DNA of 64,000 nt from Gemmatimonadota bacterium (GCA_003222085.1 QHUK01000010.1:3688-67687); one strand, 5' to 3'. Shown: positions 9,205 through 16,617, numbered from the stretch's first letter. Notes: generated from the sequence alone by a model not told the origin. Numbers and translations: made by a program.

Positions 9205-9818
9205 CACGCGTGCTTGAGCGTGATGGACTCCAGCACGTTGGCGACGTCTTCGCCCTGGTCGAGGGTCATTTCGAGATTGTCGTAGATCTCCTTCCACTTG
9301 ATGACCTCGAGGGCGTCCCGCTCGGTCTCGAACATCTGGCCGAGGGCATCCTGGTAGATCGCGTCACCCTCTTCTTCCAGCTTCTTCGCCTCGATTGAGC
9401 ACTTCATCACGTCGTCGCCTTTCTTGAGGCGACCGACGCCCTCGGCGAGCACGCCGACCATCCGCTGAATCACCTCCGTGAGCTGCTTCACGCCCTCCGG
9501 CGCGGGACCCAGGTGGAAGATCTGGGAGCGGCGAGCGGTGCCGTCGATCGCGTCCATCACGTCGTCCAGATCGGAGGCGAGCTGATGGATGTCTTCGCGA
9601 TCGAGCGGCGTGATGAATGTGCGATCGAGCCGGTTCACCACTTCGTGCGTGACCTGGTCGGCCTCGTGCTCCAATCGCTTGATCGCCTCGACGTGGGCGA
9701 TGCGGCGCTCGGGGGGCGCGTCGAACAGCTCGCGCAGATGCTCGGCCGCGACCGTGTTGCGCTGGGCGACCGCGACGAACAGGTCGAAGAACTCTTCTTC
9801 ACGGGGCAAGAGGCGCAC
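9204..9818 (-). CDS. DUF47 / PhoU-like phosphate transport regulator (TIGR00153 type)
   Basis: The N-terminus 'LLPREEEFFDLF' and the 'EHEADQVTHEV...FITPLDREDI' pattern are typical of PiT-associated DUF47 proteins. It is translationally coupled to pit. Confidence 0.85.
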   Translation of the reverse strand: MRLLPREEEFFDLFVAVAQRNTVAAEHLRELFDAPPERRIAHVEAIKRLEHEADQVTHEVVNRLDRTFITPLDREDIHQLASDLDDVMDAIDGTARRSQIFHLGPAPEGVKQLTEVIQRMVGVLAEGVGRLKKGDDVMKCSIEAKKLEEEGDAIYQDALGQMFETERDALEVIKWKEIYDNLEMTLDQGEDVANVLESITLKHA

Positions 9819-9897
9819 GGTCGTCCTCGCGTGTTGGGGTTGTCGAGCGCCGGAGAAGATAGCGGCCTTCCGCGGGAGCCACTAGCTTACGTCGCCA

Positions 9898-11325
9898 ATG
9901 GCCGCGACCCAGCAGCCGCAGACCGACTTCGTCAAGGCGATCTCCCGGCTCGACGCCACCGCCCTCGTCGTCGGATCGATGATCGGCTCGGGGATCTTCA
10001 TCGTCTCGGCGGAGATCCTCCGAGAAGTCCAGGCCCCGGGCCTGCTGCTCGTGGTCTGGGCGGCGTCGGGCATCGTCACCCTGATGGGCGCGCTCACCTA
10101 TGGCGAGCTGGCGGCGATGTTCCCCCGCGCCGGGGGACAGTACGTGTACCTGCGCGAAGGTATCTCCCCGCTGTTCGGCTACCTGTACGGGTGGACCCTG
10201 TTCGTCGTGATCCAGACCGGCACCATCGCCGCCGTCGCGGTCGCGTTCGGGCGGTTCACGAGCGTCTTCTGGCCCGGCCTCTCACCAGACGTGTTCTTCG
10301 GGTTCACGATGCACTTCCCGAGACCGATCGGGGACATCGCCGTCGGCCTCTCGCCGCAGCGCATCCTCGCCGTCCTGTCCGTCGCCCTGCTCACCTGGAT
10401 CAACGTTCGCGGCGTGCGCACGGCGGCCTTGATCCAGACGTCGCTCACCGCGATCAAAACCGGCGCGCTCGCGCTGCTGATCCTGCTCGGCGTCACCATC
10501 GGCCGGAACGCCGAGGCGCTGGCCGCCAACTTCGGCGGCAACTTCTGGGCAACAGGCGGCGCGGCGGTCGGTCTGGGGACGATCGGCGCCGCCATGGTCG
10601 GCTCGCTGTTCTCGATGGACGCGTGGAACAACGTCGGATTCGCGGGAAGCGAGCTCAAGAACGCCCAGCGCGACCTCCCGCTGGCCATGGGGGCGGGCGT
10701 GCTGATCGTGACCGTCCTCTACGTGCTCGCCAACGTCGCCTACCTGAACGTCCTGCCCGCAGCCGCGATCGCGACCGCGCCGCAGGACCGGGTCGGCACG
10801 GCCGCGCTCCAGGCCATCCTGGGAGAACCCGGCTTGAAGCTCATGGCCGCGGCGATCATGATCTCGACGTTCGGCTGCAACAACGGCCTCATCCTGTCGG
10901 GAGCGCGGGTGTACTACGCGATGGCGCGCGACGACCTGTTCTTCAAATCCGCCGGCGTGCTGCACCCGGAATACAAGACGCCGGCAGTCGCCCTCGTCGT
11001 CCAAGCCGTGTGGACGAGTCTCCTTTGCCTTTCCGGGACGTACACGCAGCTGTTGAACTTCGTCATCTTCGCAGCGCTGGTCTTCTACGGGCTGACCGCC
11101 GTCGGGTTGTTCGCCCTGCGCCGCAAACGCCCGGCGGCAGACCGCCCGGTGCGGGCGCCCGGCTATCCCTGGCTCCCGGCGCTGTACGTGATCGCCACGG
11201 CCGTAATCGCCGTCGACCTCCTGGTGCAGGATGCCACCCGGACCTACAGCTTTCTCGGACTGGGCCTCGTGTTGATCGGTGTGCCGGTGTACTTCGGCTG
11301 GAGGGCCATGGTGCGGCGCGCCTGA
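9898..11325 (+). CDS. Amino acid permease, APC superfamily
   Basis: The N-terminal 'ATALVVGSMIGSGIFIVSAEI' motif and roughly 12 TM segments over 475 aa support the call. Confidence 0.85.
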   Translation: MAATQQPQTDFVKAISRLDATALVVGSMIGSGIFIVSAEILREVQAPGLLLVVWAASGIVTLMGALTYGELAAMFPRAGGQYVYLREGISPLFGYLYGWTLFVVIQTGTIAAVAVAFGRFTSVFWPGLSPDVFFGFTMHFPRPIGDIAVGLSPQRILAVLSVALLTWINVRGVRTAALIQTSLTAIKTGALALLILLGVTIGRNAEALAANFGGNFWATGGAAVGLGTIGAAMVGSLFSMDAWNNVGFAGSELKNAQRDLPLAMGAGVLIVTVLYVLANVAYLNVLPAAAIATAPQDRVGTAALQAILGEPGLKLMAAAIMISTFGCNNGLILSGARVYYAMARDDLFFKSAGVLHPEYKTPAVALVVQAVWTSLLCLSGTYTQLLNFVIFAALVFYGLTAVGLFALRRKRPAADRPVRAPGYPWLPALYVIATAVIAVDLLVQDATRTYSFLGLGLVLIGVPVYFGWRAMVRRA

Positions 11326-11396
11326 ACGGCCCCCTTGCCGGTCTTCTGGAGGGGTGTGATATTGAGCTTCGGACCCGAACAAATACCGAAGCCACC

Positions 11397-11537
11397 ATGG
11401 CTCTCTCGACGCCCCACCCTTCCCCCACCCCTCATCCACCGTCGCAGACGTCGTCCTGCCCCGATTGCGGTGGCGGGCTGGTGCGCCAATCGGGTTGCCT
11501 GGTGTGCGTGCAGTGCGGTTGGGCGAGGTGCGGGTAG
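11397..11537 (+). CDS. Candidate 46 aa zinc-ribbon micro-protein
   Basis: Translation from ATG 11397 gives MALSTPHPSPTPHPPSQTSSCPDCGGGLVRQSGCLVCVQCGWARCG. This contains CxxC-x9-CxxCxxC-x4-C. No clear SD is present. It is the tail of a longer artefactual ORF in the track. Confidence 0.4.
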   Translation: MALSTPHPSPTPHPPSQTSSCPDCGGGLVRQSGCLVCVQCGWARCG

Positions 11538-11542
11538 TGAAG

Positions 11543-11645
11543 CACGACGCCACGACGCCACGACGCTACGACGGACAGTCAACGCCGGGACCGCGGCAAC
11601 TCGCGCTACCCCTTGCCGTCGTGACGTCGTCACGTCGTTGCGTCG
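11543..11645. repeat. Long imperfect hairpin built from octamer arrays (CACGACGC x3-4 / inverted)
   Basis: The left arm is cacgacgccacgacgccacgacgctacgacgg (11543-11574). The right arm is ccgtcgtgacgtcgtcacgtcgttgcgtcg (11616-11645). The loop is about 41 nt. The element starts 6 nt after the zinc-ribbon ORF stop. Confidence 0.7.
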
Positions 11646-12658
11646 CCCTTCCGATTCTCGACGAGCGTCTTCGCGGCACCAAGTTCGTCTCGCTCGAAGC
11701 GAAGTCCGTCCTCAACTCGCCGCTGCAGACCGGCGTCGATTTCTGGTCGCTCAACCCCTACATCGGGTGCGAATTCGGCTGCACGTATTGTTATGCGCGC
11801 TACGCGCATCGCTATGCGGTGGAGCGAGCCCACGACGCGGGGCGGCTCTCCGACGAGGAGTTTGTGGAGTTCCGCGGACCGCACGGCTGGGAGGCGTTCG
11901 AGCAGCGTGTGTTCGTGAAGCACCAGCTGCTGGGCGCCCTGGAAGGCGATTTGCGCCGCTACTGGCGGTCCCTCGGTCCGACTGCCCGCCCGGCCACCCC
12001 CATCGTCATCGGCACCGCGACCGATCCGTACCAGCCGGCCGAGCGGCGGTTCCGGCTCACGCGAGGGATTCTCGAGCGGCTGGCGCGCTGCGAAGGGTTG
12101 AACATCGGCATCATCACCAAGAGCCCGCTCATCGCGCGCGACACCGACGTGCTGCTGCGCCTTCAGGAGCGCAGCGATCTCGAGGTCCACATCTCCCTCA
12201 CCACGGTGGACGTGGCGCTGATCCGGCAGGTCGAGGCGCGCTCCCCGATACCGGCGGTACGGCTCCGGGCGCTCAAGCGACTCGCCGACGCGGGCGTACG
12301 TGTGGGCTTGATCGTCGCGCCGGTCCTTCCGGGGATCACCGATGACCTACCCCATCTGGAAGCGCTCTTCCAGGCGGCACGGGAGGCCGGCGCCAGGTTC
12401 GTGCATGCCGGTCCGCTGCGTCTCTACTCCGCGGTGCGGGACCGCTTCCTCCCGATGCTCGAAGAGCAGTTCCCCCACCTCGTCGCGCGCTACCGGCGCG
12501 CGTACGAGGGCCGGAGCGGGGCGCCGCGCGACTATGCGCGCGCACTGGCCGCGCGCATCCAGAAGCTGCAAGCGCGATTCGGATTTCCGGTGAAGGAGGG
12601 GATGGCCGATCGCTGCGGGCGACGGCTGGCACCGGCGCAGCAAGAGCTCGGATTGTGA
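11621..12658 (+). CDS. Radical SAM protein (COG1533 / SplB-like 'DNA repair photolyase' family)
   Basis: It has the CxxxCxxC cluster 'NPYIGCEFGCTYCYARY'. The start is uncertain. I prefer the GTG at 11621 because upstream candidates (11537, 11465) would translate the octamer hairpin and overlap the micro-ORF. Confidence 0.8.
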   Translation: MTSSRRCVALPILDERLRGTKFVSLEAKSVLNSPLQTGVDFWSLNPYIGCEFGCTYCYARYAHRYAVERAHDAGRLSDEEFVEFRGPHGWEAFEQRVFVKHQLLGALEGDLRRYWRSLGPTARPATPIVIGTATDPYQPAERRFRLTRGILERLARCEGLNIGIITKSPLIARDTDVLLRLQERSDLEVHISLTTVDVALIRQVEARSPIPAVRLRALKRLADAGVRVGLIVAPVLPGITDDLPHLEALFQAAREAGARFVHAGPLRLYSAVRDRFLPMLEEQFPHLVARYRRAYEGRSGAPRDYARALAARIQKLQARFGFPVKEGMADRCGRRLAPAQQELGL

Positions 12659-12662
12659 CGGC

Positions 12663-13082
12663 TCAGGCGACTTCGCTCGCCGCTTTGCCCCGGCGCGGCT
12701 GGTAATGCCGCACCAGATCCTGTACCCAGCGAGGGGGGGAGAGCCGACGCGCCTCGTACGAGTCGACGAGCAGCCCGGCGAGAGCCCGTCCCAAGTCGAG
12801 CGTGTGCTCGGGGGAGAGGTCAACCGACAGCTCGTTCAGCAGGCGGACGAACTGACCCACGTTCGGCGGTCGCGTGACCTTGCCCTGAGCGGCGAGCCAG
12901 CGCTCTAACCTGATTCGGGTGACGCTGCGGGGAAGCGCTCCGATCAGAAAGCCGCGCAGCCCGTTGGGGCTCATGCCCACTTCGCGGGCGACGCGCCGCA
13001 GCGAGGAACGCGCCGCCTCGCGCGCAAGTCCGTCCCGCAGCAATGGCACCGGGAGGGTGGGAACGGCCGAGCCAGCGGTCAC
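12663..13082 (-). CDS. Hypothetical HTH-containing protein, paralog 1 of a tandem array
   Basis: The 139 aa protein has the HTH-like segment 'SLRRVAREVGMSPNGLRGFL'. It is roughly two-thirds identical by eye to the 13414-13836 product, and both share the C-terminus 'RRGKAASEVA'. Confidence 0.6.
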   Translation of the reverse strand: MTAGSAVPTLPVPLLRDGLAREAARSSLRRVAREVGMSPNGLRGFLIGALPRSVTRIRLERWLAAQGKVTRPPNVGQFVRLLNELSVDLSPEHTLDLGRALAGLLVDSYEARRLSPPRWVQDLVRHYQPRRGKAASEVA

Positions 13083-13105
13083 GTGACGCCCGGGGACGGG
13101 GCGCG

Positions 13106-13354
13106 CTAACGCGCCCGCTTCCGCCCGTAGTAGGCGATCAGCTGTCGGACCCAGCCCGGGACTTTTCCTTGCTTTGCGCGGTACGCGTCTCGTAACAGGT
13201 CCGCAATGCCGCGGCCCAGCACGACGCCGTCGTGCGAGCCAACCCCGGTGCTCAGCGCCTCTACCAGGCGGACGATTTCCGCGGCCTTGGGAGACGCGGT
13301 CCGCTTGCCACGCTTAGTCGCCACGTCAGCACGCTTCGAAGAGGAACTGCACAA
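13106..13354 (-). CDS. Hypothetical protein resembling the C-terminal module of the flanking paralogs
   Basis: In the 82 aa protein, 'IVRLVEAL...LGRGIADLLRDAYRAKQGKVPGWVRQLIAYY' parallels 'FVRLLNEL...LGRALAGLLVDSYEARRLSPPRWVQDLVRHY' of paralog 1. Confidence 0.5.
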   Translation of the reverse strand: MCSSSSKRADVATKRGKRTASPKAAEIVRLVEALSTGVGSHDGVVLGRGIADLLRDAYRAKQGKVPGWVRQLIAYYGRKRAR

Positions 13355-13413
13355 ACTTCACAAGAAGATGTAGCGCATGCGCACCGGGGTCGCAAGGCCC
13401 CTGGGAACTCACC

Positions 13414-13836
13414 CTAAGCGACTTCGCTGGCCGCTTTGCCCCGGCGCACCCGGTAATGCCGGAGCAATTCCTGCACCCAGCGAGGTGGGGACAGCCGGCG
13501 CGCCTCGTACGCGGCGGCGAGCAGCCCCGCGATGTCGCCTGCGAGTGCCGCCGTCTGCTGGGTGGAGAGGTCGCCCGCCAGCTCATTCAGCAACCGCACG
13601 AGCTGACCGACGTTGGGGGGCCGGCTGACGCGCTGTCGCGCGGCGAGCCAGCGCTCGAGCTTGACGCGGGTGGCGCTGCGGGGCACCGAGCCGTTGAGGA
13701 AGTTCCGCAGACCGTTGGGACTGATGGAGATCTCGGTTGCGGCGCGCCGCAAGGACAACCGGGCGGCCTCCCGCCCGACGGCGTCACGCAGTACGGGAAC
13801 CGGCAGCGTGGGAACGCCCCGGCTGCTAGCGCTCAC
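13414..13836 (-). CDS. Hypothetical HTH-containing protein, paralog 2 of a tandem array
   Basis: The 140 aa protein has the same architecture as the 12663-13082 product. Nucleotide similarity is clearly visible at the 3' ends (…gacttcgct.gccgctttgccccggcgc…). Confidence 0.6.
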   Translation of the reverse strand: MSASSRGVPTLPVPVLRDAVGREAARLSLRRAATEISISPNGLRNFLNGSVPRSATRVKLERWLAARQRVSRPPNVGQLVRLLNELAGDLSTQQTAALAGDIAGLLAAAYEARRLSPPRWVQELLRHYRVRRGKAASEVA

Positions 13837-13885
13837 GGGAGCCGTGCACTTTGTGCGGTATTGCAGGCCTTACACGGGAAATAGC

Positions 13886-14893
13886 CTAGCTCGAGTCGGG
13901 AAAGCTCGCAAGCGTGCCGACGCTCCCCCCCCTCTCTGCCATCATCTCCACGAGCGCCCGGATGGTCCCCGGCGCGTTGCCCTCGAGCCGGTTGTTCACG
14001 AGGATCAGCGCCTCCAAATGGCGCCGCATGACCTCGGCGACCAGGCGCCGCAGATCGTGTCGCACCTCCGGCTGGGGATCGCGGATGCGGTCGTAGGGCT
14101 CGAACAGCCTTACCGCGTCGGCGTACGCCCGCCCGGGGCGGAGCAGCGCGCGCGCCACGGTGAAGCCGGCGGGGAACGCCCACGGCAGCTCGAGCTGCTC
14201 GCCGATCGCCGGCATTTCGTTCCACGAATTGAACACATGGGCCACCCCGTGCCGCGCCAGCACCGCACCGTGGGCGTCGGTCAAGAGCTCCCGGTTCCGC
14301 AGCTCCACCGCGTAGCGGAAGTCGCGGGGCAGTCGCCGCAGGAAGCCGTCGAGCTCCTCCGCCCACCTGGCCGCCTCGGGGAGATCATGCCCTCGCATCG
14401 CCTGAAACTCGAACACGAAGGCGCCGGCATGGTCCGAGAACGCCCGCGCGTACGGCCCGAGCACTGCCTCCTTGAAAAGATCAGCGTTCAAGAAGTCGGG
14501 GTTCCGCTGACCCGCGAGGTTGCCCCAGCGCGGGTCCTGCGTGAAGCGCCGCGCCGTGATCCGATCCCACACCTTGCTCACGCACGGAAAGCCGGGGGGC
14601 AACGCCCGCGCGTACGCCGTGAGCACCTCTTCTGACGGCGGCTCGTAGAACGCGCTGTCGATCCCCACCGTGCGGAACAAGGGATAGCGCACGTACTCCT
14701 CGAGCCGACGGGCCGGCTGGGCGCTGCGATAGGGCCGATGATAGACCTCGCCCGCCCAGCCGTCGTACGTCCACGTGGAGGTACCGAACCGAATGGACGG
14801 CGGGATGTGTTGGGCGAGCGAGATCAGGGCGGCGGGCGGTGCAGGCAGCGCGGCGACATCGTCGAAGAGATTCGGCTGATCACGCCTGGACAT
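13886..14893 (-). CDS. DUF72 (UPF0759) family protein
   Basis: The N-terminal 'IRFGTSTWTYDGWAGEVY' signature and the roughly 335 aa length fit the family. Confidence 0.75.
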   Translation of the reverse strand: MSRRDQPNLFDDVAALPAPPAALISLAQHIPPSIRFGTSTWTYDGWAGEVYHRPYRSAQPARRLEEYVRYPLFRTVGIDSAFYEPPSEEVLTAYARALPPGFPCVSKVWDRITARRFTQDPRWGNLAGQRNPDFLNADLFKEAVLGPYARAFSDHAGAFVFEFQAMRGHDLPEAARWAEELDGFLRRLPRDFRYAVELRNRELLTDAHGAVLARHGVAHVFNSWNEMPAIGEQLELPWAFPAGFTVARALLRPGRAYADAVRLFEPYDRIRDPQPEVRHDLRRLVAEVMRRHLEALILVNNRLEGNAPGTIRALVEMMAERGGSVGTLASFPDSS

Positions 14894-15039
14894 TAGAAGT
14901 TGAAATATATCAATAGCTTACCATCGAAGTAACGGGCCTTGCGATGTCCTTGATCTTCGGGATATATTCGGGTCCCATTTACTACCCGACAATGCCAAAA
15001 ACTCCCCACCTGACGAGCGAGTCCGCGGCTTGCTGTTGG

Positions 15040-16284
15040 ATGCCGCTGTTCGCGTTGCGCTCCGAACTGGCGCGGCGGCCCGAACTCGCGTCCCACCCCG
15101 TGGCGCTCGTCGCACCCGACACCGCTCGCACCCCTCGGGTGTGGCAGGTCGTGCCGCTCGCCCGGCACGCCGGGGTGAAGCCGGGAATGACGGTCAGCCA
15201 GGCGATCGGACTCTGTCCCGCGCTCAAGCTGTGCGAGCCCGACCCGGTGCATTACGACGAGCAGTTCGAGCAGCTCATCGCTGCACTTGCCGTGGTAAGC
15301 CCCGTCGTGGAGCCGGTGGAGTTGGGGCGGGTGTTCGTGGGCACCGACGGATTGGAAGGGCTGTACGGAGGGCCGGAGGAGATCGTCGAGGCGATCAAAC
15401 GCGGAACGCGGAAGTGGGAACGCGGAACAGGCGAGCGATCTTCCAGCCCCTGTTCCGCGTTCCGCGTTCCGCGTTTCGCGTTTCGGGTGGGCTGGGGCCG
15501 CGGGAAATTCGTTTCCTGGGTGGCCGCGACCCGCGCAAAACCCGGAGCTGCGGTCATAGTGCCGGTGGGAGGGGAGGCGAAGTTTCTCGCTTCCCAGCCG
15601 CTCGCCGTGCTCCCGCTCGACCCCGACACACATCGCCGGCTGCAGCAGCTCGGCGTCAAGACGCTGGGCGCGCTCGTCGCGCTTCCGGAGGAAGCCGTCG
15701 TGTCGCAATTCGGTGGCCCGGGCCGGCGGCTGTGGCGGCTCGCGGCGGGACTCGTGTCGGAGCCGGTGGTGGGACGGGTCGTGCCCGAGCCGATCGTGGC
15801 CGCTCTCACGTTTTTCACCCCGGTCGGCGAGCGGGACCTGCTCGCCCACGCACTGGACAAGCTCGTCGACCGCGCGCTCGGAGATCCGCGTCGCAGCGGC
15901 TGGCGCGTGCAGGTCGTCCGGGTGCGCGCCGAGCTCGAGCACGGCGCCTCCTGGCTCGTCACCGCGACCCTCAAAGACCCATCCGCGACGCGGGAGCACA
16001 TCGCGGCACCGCTCAAGACGCAGCTCGAGCGGTCGCCGCCCGTCGGTGCGGTCGAGCGGCTCGTCGTCGAGTTTACCGCCTTCGCTCCCGGCACCGCCGA
16101 GCTGCAGCTGTTCGCGCATGATGCGAGCGCCGCGGCTCGCGCCGGGCGACGGCGTGCGCTCCAAGGCGCCGCCCGGGAGATCGCGCTCCGAATCAGACGG
16201 CCGATGCTGTATCACGTCATCGAGGTGCAGCCATGGTCCCGCCTTCCCGAGCGGCGGTACGCGCTGATCGACTATGAACCGTGA
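15040..16284 (+). CDS. imuB: ImuB-like Y-family DNA polymerase homolog (mutasome subunit)
   Basis: 'MPLFALRSELARRPELASHPVALV...ARHAGVKPGMTVSQA' is the typical ImuB N-terminus, and the gene lies directly upstream of dnaE2. The ATG at 15040 is chosen over the listed 14944 start. There is a possible clamp-binding 'LQLF'. Confidence 0.8.
   Translation: MPLFALRSELARRPELASHPVALVAPDTARTPRVWQVVPLARHAGVKPGMTVSQAIGLCPALKLCEPDPVHYDEQFEQLIAALAVVSPVVEPVELGRVFVGTDGLEGLYGGPEEIVEAIKRGTRKWERGTGERSSSPCSAFRVPRFAFRVGWGRGKFVSWVAATRAKPGAAVIVPVGGEAKFLASQPLAVLPLDPDTHRRLQQLGVKTLGALVALPEEAVVSQFGGPGRRLWRLAAGLVSEPVVGRVVPEPIVAALTFFTPVGERDLLAHALDKLVDRALGDPRRSGWRVQVVRVRAELEHGASWLVTATLKDPSATREHIAAPLKTQLERSPPVGAVERLVVEFTAFAPGTAELQLFAHDASAAARAGRRRALQGAAREIALRIRRPMLYHVIEVQPWSRLPERRYALIDYEP
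15397..15486. repeat. GGAACGC-type heptamer hairpin element inside imuB
   Basis: The left arm is ggaacgc ggaagtg ggaacgc ggaacag. The loop is 17 nt. The right arm is cctgttcc gcgttcc gcgttcc gcgtttc gcgtttc. The ORF stays open and reads KRGTRKWERGTGERSSSPCSAFRVPRFAFRV. Confidence 0.8.
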
Positions 16285-16582
16285 ACAAACGCGGAAGTTG
16301 GAGCGCGGAACGCGGAACAATGCGGACAGGCTTCGGGCGCTCAACGTTCAGCAGCAGGTGAAGGTCGATCTGGATGACGGTGGAGTGCCGGTAGTCGTGA
16401 CACGGGAAACGGGAGATGGGAAACGTGTTGAGTCGATCGGTGAGACGTGGCGGATCGATGATGAATGGTGGCGATTGCCTATTGTGCGGCGATATGTGGA
16501 AGTGATTCTCGAAGGTGGCGGGCGGGTTGTGTTGTTCGAAGATCTGTCGACGGGCGAGTGGTGGATCCAGAAGCCCGCCTGA
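16274..16582 (+). CDS. Small ORF between imuB and dnaE2 with a 'WRIDDEWWR' motif (possibly a DUF6504-like ImuB-associated domain)
   Basis: The 102 aa ORF ends '...GETWRIDDEWWRLPIVRRYVEVILEGGGRVVLFEDLSTGEWWIQ'. It overlaps the imuB stop in the +1 frame. Its first ~20 codons are repeat-derived, so the true start is uncertain. The family assignment is from memory. Confidence 0.55.
   Translation: MNREQTRKLERGTRNNADRLRALNVQQQVKVDLDDGGVPVVVTRETGDGKRVESIGETWRIDDEWWRLPIVRRYVEVILEGGGRVVLFEDLSTGEWWIQKPA
16287..16320. repeat. GGAACGC-type heptamer array (left arm of a split pair)
   Basis: The sequence is aaacgc ggaagtt ggagcgc ggaacgc ggaacaa. It lies immediately after the imuB stop. Confidence 0.75.
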
Positions 16583-16617
16583 ACGTTCCGCGTTCCGACT
16601 TCCGCGTTCCAACTTCC
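16583..16617. repeat. GGAACGC-type heptamer array, inverted (right arm of a split pair)
   Basis: The sequence is acgttcc gcgttcc gacttcc gcgttcc aacttcc. Its reverse complement, ggaagtt ggaacgc ggaagtc ggaacgc ggaacgt, matches the 16287-16320 arm. It fills the whole spacer between the small ORF stop and the dnaE2 ATG. Confidence 0.75.

Noticed and set aside
9513-11537. A 674-aa plus-strand ORF spanning the DUF47 antisense strand and the APC permease in another frame.
   Set aside because: The composition is artefactual (Arg/Pro/Gly-rich), and it overlaps two well-supported genes. Only its last 46 codons, the zinc-ribbon micro-ORF in intergenic DNA, were kept as a low-confidence candidate.
12628-12645. 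A TGGCACcggcgcaGC sigma54-like string near the 3' end of the radical SAM gene, and similar TGGCAC strings at about 3633 and 7503.
   Set aside because: They lie inside coding regions with no downstream gene in the right orientation. Such strings are expected by chance in GC-rich DNA. This also tempers confidence in the lon-proximal site.
14893-16344. A 483-aa minus-strand ORF opposite imuB, plus several 280-360-aa alternate-frame ORFs in the same region.
   Set aside because: They are antisense to or out of frame with a gene carrying clear ImuB motifs. The apparent 'conserved' peptides in them (FRVPRS, NAERGT) are just translations of the heptamer repeats.
16274-16617. The inverted arms flanking an ORF interpreted as an IS element or MITE carrying a transposase.
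   Set aside because: The enclosed ORF is only 102 aa and has no DDE, HUH or serine/tyrosine recombinase motifs. It resembles an ImuB-associated domain. No target-site duplication is evident, and the arms are heptamer arrays rather than unique terminal inverted repeats.
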